Assembly: GCA_002269645.1 (NCBI GenBank)
Contig: NIVC01000704.1
Span: 79,692 to 143,691, forward strand
Source: Macrostomum lignano
Lineage: Eukaryota
Reading direction: 5' to 3'
DNA length: 64,000 bases
This document shows positions 10,840 through 21,719 of this stretch, one piece after another; the stretch's first letter is position 1, and every line of letters starts with the position of its first letter. Under the pieces are notes generated by a model. That model was not told where the DNA came from. It was given only the letters and a program-made list of their open reading frames with translations, and searched no databases. Both the position numbers and the translations under genes were made by a program.

Positions 10840-13800
10840 GAAGTTGGTGGGTTTGTTGACACCAATGAAGTGGGGCAGATTCCATGTTTGAATTCCCATT
10901 GGCATTGCATTCGCATAAATAAATCTAGAAATTGCGCAGAGAAATCACAACGGAATTCTTTTTCCTGTTTCACTCCGACTGCCAAGGTCCTTAAGTTCTA
11001 GGGGGAGGGTAGTCATAATTGTAGCTGAGCAATTGTGTAGTGGTGCGGTCATTCAAATGGTAGACACTGTAGATTCTGACACTGTAAAATAATATGTCAA
11101 TTAGTTGAGCTAATTACTTTTAGTAGGATAGAGCTGCCACCACTGTAATTTATATATTATAGAACAATTAAGTCTCAGAGCTTTCTTTGAGTTGAGAACT
11201 TTAGTTGTTTTATACCCTGTGGGCAAATGACTCAATTTAGGCTATGGCTTATTATGGATCAAAAAATAAATATGATGGAAATTAGTGATTTATTGGATAT
11301 TATTTATTAATGTTATTAATTAGGAAGCAGGCAGTAAATTGGTATTGATATTTGGGGCTACGCGAGTAAATTGGGGCACCAGGATGCTATTAACAATTGA
11401 GTAAACTAGTTAAAGCTGGATATGAACTGAGAAAAGAGAAGGAAAAAACAAACAAAAAAGAAATGGTTTACACAGAAAATAAAGGAGCATTGTATATATA
11501 TGAGCTACTGAGGATAATAATGGGTCATCCTTTGGTTCAAGCATTGGGCACAGCAATGGATACTAATTTTTCTAGGTAAATGGATATTAATGGATACTAG
11601 GTTGGACATGGTGCTAGATGGCCTCAAATGCATGCAAAAATATAAAAATAACACATTTTGTCCAGCAACTGACAGGCATAGATTCACGGAGTGGAAACAA
11701 AAATTTTACTGCAAGGATGGTCATTGGCAGAATAGGGAAATGACAACACTTTCTAATAGTACCTCAGTTTGCTTTATGATGCCTAAATTATTATTAGAAT
11801 TAACACAATTATAGAAAATGACCCCGAATTTAGCAGTAAGTTTAGCTTTAGCTTTGTAGTACTTATTTACTTAAAAATACTAATGTATTATTCATTTTGT
11901 TAAGCTGACTTAGTGTTTTAATAAAAATGCTCTCTTTTCATTTAAATTCTTTCAACTTGATTTCTCAAAAAATAAAACAGGATCATGTGACTCAAGAAAT
12001 CAATACTAGAATAGATTTGTCACATTTATAATTTTAATTAAAACTATATTTAGCATTGTTAATAGATTTAATCTTTACCTAAATAACTGTTCTTAGCATG
12101 CATGCTAAGTGCAGCCTTGTAATTGTAATATAATATAGGATATAGCATATGCATGCTATTAAATTCATTGGATTTTTCATAATTTAAGAAACATGCTAGT
12201 TTAACAAAAATGGATACTGCCTTCATTAGAAATCCTAATGTTTTGTAAAGTATTTATTATATTTGCTATAAGATTACTTTTTATTTTTATTTTGCTATCA
12301 TAAAATAGGGTACCAAAAAGTAATCTGGGATACCAAAATGCTAGGTATCAAGAAGCATAGGTACCAAAATGCATGGAAACCTCAAAACTAGCCTAAACAG
12401 TGAAAGAATTACTAGAATAGTATTACTACAAGTCTATTTTAAATATTTTATTAAAAATAGTAACACAACTAAGATATTAATTATACAATTAATTTAGGAT
12501 AAAAGCATGAGGAACAATGAAAAAAATAAATATGGATGAATAGCCATCCTAACTGCAACACTTCTAGGTTGGGGGTTAAAAGTATACAGAGCAACCACCT
12601 CCCTACCAATACCCACCCCAAGGCCAAGCTGGGCTGGCTGACTAAAGCCAGTTTGCACTAGCAACACAAACCTGTACATTAAATTTTAATAAGAAAATTT
12701 ATATAGCATAAGGTTATAAACATATACAGGGTGTCTAAGATATTAACATGATTTTTTAACTTTGTTTTCTTTGTGACAAAATTTCCTTTCATTTGACCCC
12801 ATGGGCATAAAATTTCATGGCTCCATTGAAGTGCTACATTAGACATTCCAGGAACTTTTGGGACACCCCTTGTTGTTTACCAATTTTGCAAAATTATTTT
12901 TAAAACAAAAAGGATAAGAGCTTTATTAAAAATGTTTGTCTTTTTTAAATGAATAAATATGTTTATATTGATGCAAAATTAAGCTTAGAGGCTAAGATAT
13001 TTCATATTTATTGCTGACATACTTAGTATACTTGATTTTACCTAGCATTACCTAGCATACCTGGTGCACAAAGAATATTTTTGGGTAATTTCTAGCATAC
13101 ACATTACATGATCTTGGCTGTAGGTACAATGCAATTATTAATATTTGATATATAGTATACAATATACTCTACCTTATATGGGTTATATTATATTATTATA
13201 ATATACCATATTACTATATTATGCACTGCCTAGGCTAAACCTATGCCAAGCCAATGCATGCCAACTTTTTATATACTCGTAAACAAACCAAATTCTTACA
13301 AGTATAAATAATGTCTTTTTGAGTATAAAGCCCTAATTTCTATTTTAAAATCCAGCCTAGATAAGCTAGCATTTATGTATAAATCATCAGTTGCAAGTCC
13401 AAGTTAGTCATTGATTGCCATATTGATTTTACAATTTCTACAATAATAAATTATATCAATAGTGTGTACTATTATACTAATAACAAGTACATAATAGTCA
13501 TCAATAAATAAATAAATCCACTATCTTAAATGCATATATTGGGCAAGGCCAAGTTGAGTAAAGGGAAAAAGTGATGCAATCTGTAATATAGGTTTATACA
13601 AGCGTATATACAGAGAGTCAAGTTGGCCCCTTGAAAATCTCATTGGCAACTAGATTTTTGGCATCAAAAGCCAATCTGGCAACTTCATTTTCTCCATGCC
13701 ATTTGCCAATTTCAAAAAATGATTTTGTAAGTGCAATAAAAGTGCCATATAAATCAATATGATGGAATTGTTAGTTTGTTATTGTTTGCAACATAGATTG

Positions 13801-15282
13801 CAATCTTAGAGTTGAGAGAACAAATTTCTGCTTTTCAAATGCAGTTTTAGATATATCCATCTCAAGAATTTGGCTAGTTGCTAATGGGCAACTAATAAAA
13901 GCCATTGGCAACTGGATTTTGAGCCCCAAAGGCCAGCTGGCAGCTAGATTTCCAACCCTAAGAAAACCTAGGTGGCAAGCAAAGTATTGCCCAATTAGAG
14001 GTAATTGGTTTTAAAATATGTTCCTCCTATAGTCCATTTCATTATAGTTATGCTAGAAGTCCCTGGTATAATTCTAGAAAAAAGTAGCCTTGGTATAATT
14101 GCCTAGCATAAAAATTGATAATAAAATAGATAGGTATACGAGTAAATGGCTAGCATAAAAACAACTATATACAACTACATATGGCAGGCTTCCACACTAT
14201 ACTAAAATGATAATATAGTACTAATAGATATAAAAGACTGTCTACATTGTGGCTACTGATTGTTTTTTCATTTGTTTAATTATTTGACTTGTTTTATTGA
14301 AGGTTTCTTCATTTAAAACAATGCCAGACTTGCTTTCTTTGCCTTAAAAATTTGGGGAAATGTCTAAGAAACTTAAATTATGCATTTATACTTTTTAAAC
14401 ATTGTTTTTGTAAAGAAAACTAGGTTTTGGAATTAGGGTATGTGTTAGGCCCTATACTCAAATTTGGATATCAGACTTTAAAGTATTTTCAGCACTTTTT
14501 TAATGGTATCAGAGTATTGGTTTTCACATAATTTTTTGAGTATTGTACCCAACACTTATCAATATTAGAGCCATGTGTTACAATGTTTACAGTTAGCCTA
14601 GTTGGCAATTGGATAATTTTGTCCTATTTTATTATGAGAATGTCTTCATAAGACAATGAAATAAAATTTTGGGTAAGTGGATAGCCAACCATGATGTGGC
14701 AATTACTAAAATAAAAGAAATTGTAGTACAATCCTTATTAGAAACTAAGTCTATTTATAAGATAAGAACTAAAAATAATTTTGGCCTAGTATAGTATGGT
14801 AGATAGTATAAGAACCTAGTGTATTTAATACTACCATGATAAGCCCTATTGGAAAGTGACATTTTCATAGATGGCCATCAACAATGCTTCAAAAAATATT
14901 GGCGCACTGGAGGGGCTGAGGGGTGGGCAGCATTTTCATAAGGTCAAAACTTCATAACTTGAAAGTTCACAACATTGAAAACAATATAGCAAGAACCATG
15001 TAGTAGTTTTCTACATTGTGAATTTTTTTACCTTGTGAAAGCTCTCCTTGAGAAATTCATAGAAAATTAACATACATAGGACTTTTATGAATAGCAAATT
15101 ATTATTACCATCTCTATTTATTTTTTTCTAGGAAGTTGGAATCTTTTTAGTTTGTCATATTTTGTTTTAATCTGTATATAAGTAAATAAGTTGGTTATGT
15201 TTCAACCTCTACTGCCGCCCAACTGTTGGGCCTGGCAGCCGTGTAACACACAACTCTCGCATCCCATTGGGGGTATTGGACC

Positions 15283-17278
15283 ATGGTGGCCACCAAGGGT
15301 CGGCCGGCACTGCGGGAGAACCTGCCGCACAGCCTGGTGCACAGGTCCCTTTCCCTGAGGCGGCGCTTCCTGCCGCCTCATCTGCAGCAGCGCCCGCTGC
15401 TCAACAGCCTCCTTCAAGAGCGACTCTGCCGCCAGCTGGCTGCCACGCTGCGGCCGTCCGCTTACAGCATCGGCTCCTACAACAAGGTGTTCGCCTGCGA
15501 GTGGCTGAATAACGACACGGTGCTCCTGGCCACCAAGTGCAACAACCTGCTTCGCCTGAACCTGCTGAACAGCGCCGTGACTCGAGTCCCGCTACTCGGC
15601 ATGCCGGGCCGCTCGCCGGGTCTCCCCAACCTGCCGGTTGTCATCAACGACGGCGGCCTGCACGCCTTGGAGACCAACGGGCCAGCCACCTTTCTGGCTA
15701 CTGGCGCCCTGGCCGATGGCGATCTCGGGGTGTACGAGCTGCCCGACCTGCGGCCCTACGCTCTGCTGCACGGCGCGCACGCCGACTGGGTGTTCGACGC
15801 CGCCTGGCTGGACGCCGCCACCCTGGTGTCGGTGGCCCGCGACTCCAGCATGGCCATCTGGAGCCTGCCGGAGGCCAACTTCTCCACCGGCGTTGATCCC
15901 GATGGCTTCGCCGTCACCTCGCCGCGCTATGTGCGCAAAGTGCGCGACTTCCAGGACCAGTCGGCCCGACTGCGCTCCGTTGACATTGGCAAGTGCGGCA
16001 ATCTGGCTGTGCTCAGCCTCAACAGTTTCCTGCAATTCTACAGCATCGAGAGGCTGGACACGCCAGTTGCTACCATCCATTTGGGCAGCTCTGAGTCCAG
16101 CTTCGCCAAGGAGACCGTCTGCGTGCGGGCCTCGCCCGAGCCGCACTGCTTCTACTCCTGCTGCGTGGACCACGTGAGTCGCCCTTCGCTTCCATTTCCA
16201 GCAGCTGTTTAGTGGAAGGACTGATATTAGAATTAGTGACTCATTAGCGACTAGCGATGTATGTGATTTAAAGGCGACTGTTGAGTCACTTGCAACCTAA
16301 TCATTCTTGGGCGCAACCTAGAGATTCACACGACCGTTTCTATTGGCAACACACACATGTACGTCGCTACTGGACAGAATAGTAGTCACGTGATGACTGC
16401 TCTCAGCCAATAGCGACTTACATGTGTGTTGCCAATAGAAACGGCCGAGTGATTCCCAAGGTATGTGCAAAATCGTGAAAGAGACGCAAAAAATTCGTCT
16501 AAGAGTCGTGCTAGCGCTTAACTTTCTACTAAATTAAGTTGACTAAATAAGAGAGTTGTTATAACTGCAAAATGCGATTCAGATGACGCAGAGGTTCTGT
16601 GTGGAGTTTAAGGGTTTAAGCTTGGGGAACGGTGGTAAGAGCCAACAGATAAGCCTTGTCTTTAAAAATACATTAAAATGCTTCAGTTTAAATTACTACT
16701 GAACTGAAAGTAGGTTGCACGCAAATGTGCTGAGTGGCTCATCTAGTTATTCTATTCTAGTATCTAGCACAGGGCTAGTTATTCGTAGTGAGAATATAAC
16801 TAGGCTGTTTAATTAGTTAGTGGTGTAGGGTCCACATTGGAACTCGGGTGAATTTTAAAGCCTAAAGAGATAAAGAGGGTGAACTGGTTGCGCCCAGGTG
16901 ACCCTGTACGACAGTCGGACTGGCTTGGCCTCGGACAGCATCGAGTCCAAGGACCGGCTGAGCGGCGTCCGCTCCCTGGCCTGCAACGGGCCCGTGGTGT
17001 CCTACGGCACCGGGATCGGCAACGTGTACTTTTACGATGTCCGCTCGCATCGGCACCTGACCCGCCACCTGGGCCTGTGCAAGGCGGCCCTGCCAGGCGA
17101 CCAGCAGCAGCAGGCCCGCCAGCACCAGCTGTTCAGGGATCACAATTATCTGCACGGCTCCCAGCCGGAGTACGCCATCTACTCCCACAAGTACGACGCC
17201 GACTGCGCCCGCATCTTCACGGCTGGCGGCCCCCTGGCCACCACCCACTGGGGCAACGTGGCCGTCCTGCACTCCTGA
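15283..17278 (+). CDS. DCAF12: DCAF12-like WD40 substrate receptor of CRL4, ~423 aa, 2 exons
   Basis: Exons 15283-16173 (CAC|GTGAGT) and 16898-17278 (CCCAG|GTG). Motifs NKVFACEWLN..V...TKCNNL, HADWVFDAAW...VSVARDSSMAIW, GVRSL....VVSYGTG.GNVYFYDVR and AIYSH.YD....IFTAGGPL...H.GN.A.LHS all match DCAF12. Confidence 0.9.
16306..16461. mobile_element. Fold-back (palindromic) element in the DCAF12 intron
   Basis: Left arm CCGTTTCTATTGGCAACACACACATGTACGTCGCTACTGG is complementary to right arm CCAATAGCGACTTACATGTGTGTTGCCAATAGAAACGG. The centre is CACGTG. Confidence 0.7.
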
Positions 17279-18204
17279 CTGTTGCTGGGGCTCCCCCCAG
17301 TCTCCCTGTTCTGCCAGGCTGAGTTTTTTAATATAAAATTCTCCATTTTTATGGTGCTCCATGTTTACTGTGTCTGCGAATTCTGGCATCAGATGTTGCT
17401 CTTTGTTCTTTTGTGTTCGGCACACAAAGACCGGCATTGCGCTGGAACCTCCCAATCGGGTGTTGAGTTCTGATATACCTGCCGCGTGGTCTAATTATTA
17501 TTTTTAATAACTGATTTAATTTACCACGCCTTAGTTTTCTATTTTAATAGCCTATTTTTTATATTAAAATATTTCTAATTATGAATTTCATTTTTATCAG
17601 CCTAATTTCCTTTGACCAGTTTGTTTCTAATAACTTTTTTTTGAACTTGCGTTTTTAGAAGTCCTGCTGCTACTCTGTCTCTACTCTCATCTCACCTTAT
17701 CTAGTCTCTTCTCAACTCTCAAAAATAGGTAGCGAGTCAAACTAGAGATGACAGTACACAGGCCAGTGCACCATATTTGTCTTTGTAATTCTCATGATTT
17801 GTTTGTGTTTGCACAGCTCTCAATAATTATTCATTATTTGTGTTCATAATTGCAGATATGACTCTTAGGTAAGATAATCTATATAGAAATTATAATATTC
17901 AGTGAACTTTGATAACTGTCTAATGTTCGATCAACCACTGTGTAAATACAGTTTACTCTCTCGCTGACCCAACCCCTCATGGAGCTGCTTTTGCAGCAGT
18001 TCTTGTAGTGACCTGGCTATAAATTTATTTGTTAATATCGTTCTACTCTTTAAGTACGGGTATTCTTCTTTCATCTTGAATTACATAAAGGCCTCCCACT
18101 GTGAGAGCTTATCGGACAGCTTTGTACTTTTAACTGTTGACTCAGCGTTGTTGGATTTCACTTAATTGGTTTAATCACTTCTTAGAAAGTCTTTTTCATG
18201 GAAA

Positions 18205-19500
18205 TCTCCCCTCTGTGATTACCCTCCGTTACCTCTGTGATTACCCTCCATTGCATCTGTGATTACCCTCCATTCCATCCGTGATTACCCTCCATTGCAT
18301 CTGTGATTACCTTCACTCCATCTGTGATTACCCTCACTCCATCTGTGATTACCCTCAATTACATATGTGATAACCCTCCATTCCATCTGTGATTACCCTC
18401 CATTCAATCTGTGATTACCCTCCATTGCATCTGTAATAACCCTCACTCCATCTGTGATTACCCTCACTTCATCTGTAATAACCCTCACTCCATCTGTGAT
18501 TACCCTCACTTCATCTGTAATAACCCTCACTCCATCTGTGATTACCCTCCATTCCATCTGTGATTACCCTCACTTCATCTGTAATAACCCTCACTCCATC
18601 TGTGATTACCCTCACTTCATCTGTAATAACCCTCACTCCATCTGTGATTACCCTCACTTCATCTGTAATAACCCTCACTCCATCTGTGATTACCCTCCAT
18701 TCAATCTGTGATTACCCTCACTCCATCTGTGATTACCCTCACTCCATCTGTGATTACCCTCACTCCATCTGTGATTACCCTCACTTCATCTGTGATAACC
18801 CTCACTCCATCTGTGATTACCCTCCATTGCATCTGTGATAACCCTCACTCCATCTGTGATTACCCTCCATTCCATCTGTGATTACCCTCACTCCATCTGT
18901 GATTACCCTCACTCCATCTGTGATTACCCTCACTCCATCTGTAATAACCCTCACTCCATCTGTGATTACCCTCCATTCCATCTGTGATTACCCTCACTCC
19001 ATCTGTGATTACCCTCACTCCATCTGTGATTACCCTCACTCCATCTGTGATTACCCTCACTTCATCTGTGATTACCCTCACTCCATCTGTGATTACCCTC
19101 ACTCCATCTGTGATTACCCTCACTCCATCTGTGATTACCCTCACTTCATCTGTGATAACCCTCACTCCATCTGTGATTACCCTCACTCCATCTGTGATTA
19201 CCCTCACTCCATCTGTAATAACCCTCACTCCATCTGTGATTACCCTCCATTCCATCTGTGATTACCCTCACTCCATCTGTGATTACCCTCACTCCATCTG
19301 TGATTACCCTCACTCCATCTGTGATTACCCTCACTTCATCTGTGATTACCCTCACTCCATCTGTGATTACCCTCACTCCATCTGTGATTACCCTCACTCC
19401 ATCTGTGATTACCCTCACTTCATCTGTGATAACCCTCACTCCATCTGTGATTACCCTCCATTCCATCTGTGATTACCCTCACTTCATCTGTGATTACCCG
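18205..19500. repeat. Minisatellite, 21-bp unit CTGTGATTACCCTCACTCCAT (~60 copies, some 22-bp variants)
   Basis: Direct reading. The array ends ~180 bp upstream of the SRSF7-like ATG. Confidence 0.95.
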
Positions 19501-19680
19501 CTTTTCATTCCCGTAATCTCTGTCCCTCTGTAGTCGGGCCCACTGTGAAATTCACCACATTTCTACTTATTATTGCGGTTAAATTCGCCGCAACAATCGC
19601 TGCCCGTTATCGAATTTATTTGTGCTCAAATCCCGCTTCATGCCCATCGCCTCAACGGCCAGCCAGCCAGCCAGCCAGTC

Positions 19681-21000
19681 ATGGCCCGCATGCGACTAGA
19701 CTGCAAAATCTATGTCGGCGATTTGCCGCGCGACGCCGAGGAACGCGAAATCGAGCGGGCATTTCGCTCCTTCGGCCACGTCCGTTCTGTTTGGGTGGCC
19801 CGCAACCCGCCCGGCTTCGCCTTCGTGGAGATGGAGGACCCCCGCGATGCCAAGGACGCCGCCCGCGGCCTGGACGGCGCCACCATCTGCGGGGTGCGCG
19901 CCCGGGTTGAAATGTCCACCGGCCAGGCCCGGGGCGGCCGCTCGGCCAATCCTAACGACCGCTGCTACGACTGCGGCGAGCTCGGCCACTACGCCTACGC
20001 CTGTCCGAGAAAGGCCGGCGGCGGTAGAGGTGGCGGCGGCGGCGGCCGCGACCGTCGGAGGTAAATTCATTGATTTTGTTTTTGTAAAGATCAACATACG
20101 TCCAATTCTTGGTTTCACACCTCGCGCCTTCCTTGTGCCCGAATTCCAGGCGTAGTCCTTCTTACAGCCGGAGCCGCAGCCGTAGCCGAAGCCGCAGTCG
20201 TTCGCCGCCGCCGCGTCGCCGCAGGTAATTTGTAAAGAGGGGATATTGAGAGGAATGGCTGTCTGCAGGTGGCTGCTGAGTGCGTGTGGGGTGGCTGCTG
20301 AGTGAGTGTGGGGTGGCTGCTGAGTGGGTGTGGGGTGGCTGCTGAGTGAGTGTGGGGTGGCTGCTGAGTGAGTGTGGGGTGGCTGCTGAGTGAGTGTGGG
20401 GTGGCTGCTGAGTGGGTGTGGGGTGGCTACTGAGTGAGTGTGGGGTGGCTGCTGAGTGCGTGTGGGGTGGCTGCTGAGTGAGTGTGGGGTGGCTGCTGAG
20501 TGAGTGTGGGGTGGCTGCTGAGTGGGTGTGGGGTGGCTGCTGAGTGGGTGTGGGGTGGCTACTGAGTGAGTGTGGGGTGGCTGCTGAGTGCGTGTGGGGT
20601 GGCTGCTGAGTGAGTGTGGGGTGGCTGCTGAGTGGGTGTGGGGTGGCTGCTGAGTGGGTGTGGGGTGGCTGCTGAGTGGGTGTGGGGTGGCTGCTGAGTG
20701 GATGTGGGGTGGCTGCTGAGTGAGTGTGGGGTGGCTGCTGAGTGAGTGTGGGGTGGCTGCTGAGTGCGTGTGGGGTGGCTGCTGAGTGGGTGTGAGGTGG
20801 CTGCTGAGTGGGTGTGGGGTGGCTGTCTGCAGGTGACTGCTGAGTGGGTGTGGGGTGGCTGTCTGCAGGTAGTTGCTGAGTGGATCAACATTCAAATTCT
20901 GTGATGACTACTGTTATGAGTAGTGCATAATTCAATTTGATTGCGACAATTTGCTCTCGAACCTTATCTTTGCAGGTCCCGCAGCGGCAGCTCCCGCTAA
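19681..21000 (+). CDS. SRSF7: SRSF7/9G8-like SR splicing factor (RRM + CCHC zinc knuckle + short RS domain), 153 aa, 3 exons
   Basis: Exons 19681-20060, 20168-20224 and 20976-21000. [11 protein letters not shown]...[21 protein letters not shown], zinc knuckle [14 protein letters not shown], then [26 protein letters not shown]. Confidence 0.9.
20265..20880. repeat. Intronic minisatellite, 20-bp unit GTGGGGTGGCTGCTGAGTG(A/G)
   Basis: About 30 copies in SRSF7-like intron 2 (20225-20975). Confidence 0.95.
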
Positions 21001-21245
21001 CGCAAATCTCCGATGTGCGTTGGCGCCCCGGCTTATATACTACTAGCCGTTAGTAGCATCACATGCCGGGTCGCAGTTGTGGCGCTAAGCACGGAGCTAC
21101 AGGCTTTGGCCTGAGATCTACACCCAGTGAATACCCGAAGCATTGCCATGCAGTCAAAACTGTCATTAAGCGTTCTTTTAACTAATGTTTGCTCGCTATG
21201 TTGTCGCCCACCCCCCCCCCTCGTCTGGTACCTGTTAATAATAAC

Positions 21246-21251
21246 AATAAA
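21246..21251 (+). terminator. Candidate polyadenylation signal of the SRSF7-like gene
   Basis: AATAAA 246 nt after the stop codon. Confidence 0.45.
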
Positions 21252-21719
21252 CAGTTGCTATGCTTCTATACTTGTAGTGTCCGTGCGCAGCATTTTTAGC
21301 CAAGCAGCAGTCGGTACGAAAATGTTCTAAATTAAAAAATTTCACTCCTCACGTTAGCAACTCATTTTTTATTTATTTTAAATTGATTGTTGTTTTACTT
21401 GAACATTTACTGACAGCCTCGGTTGCAACTGTTCCTGTTGGACTGCGAATCTTTGTTTTAATGCGGCCCTTTCCTATCTCCAGCCATGGAAGCCGTGCCC
21501 AATTATCGAATGCAATTATATACTACTGATGAGTAGCTGCTCTGTCCTTGCTGTCATCCTCTCTGTTCGAACTCTGCGTCTGGCTTTACTATATAATGTT
21601 TTGTTTGTTTCTTATTCTGTAGATAGTTGTGAATATCACACGAAAGACACCGAGTGACAAGATAGATAGACGGGTAGAGCGGTACATACATTAATGCACA
21701 GGACTGTGTTCCAGTGTTT

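Noticed and set aside
11397-11814. Short AT-rich ORFs in the CpG-depleted block
   Set aside because: No recognisable domain, and codon usage is unlike the GC3-rich genes of this window.
15592-16177. Long antisense and alternate-frame ORFs over DCAF12, EZH, FHL, the GPCR and FoxF exons
   Set aside because: They are expected shadows of GC3-rich coding sequence and have no recognisable motifs.
18454-19533. VITLTPS / HSICDYP repeat proteins
   Set aside because: Translations of a 21-bp minisatellite with frame-shifting 22-bp variants.
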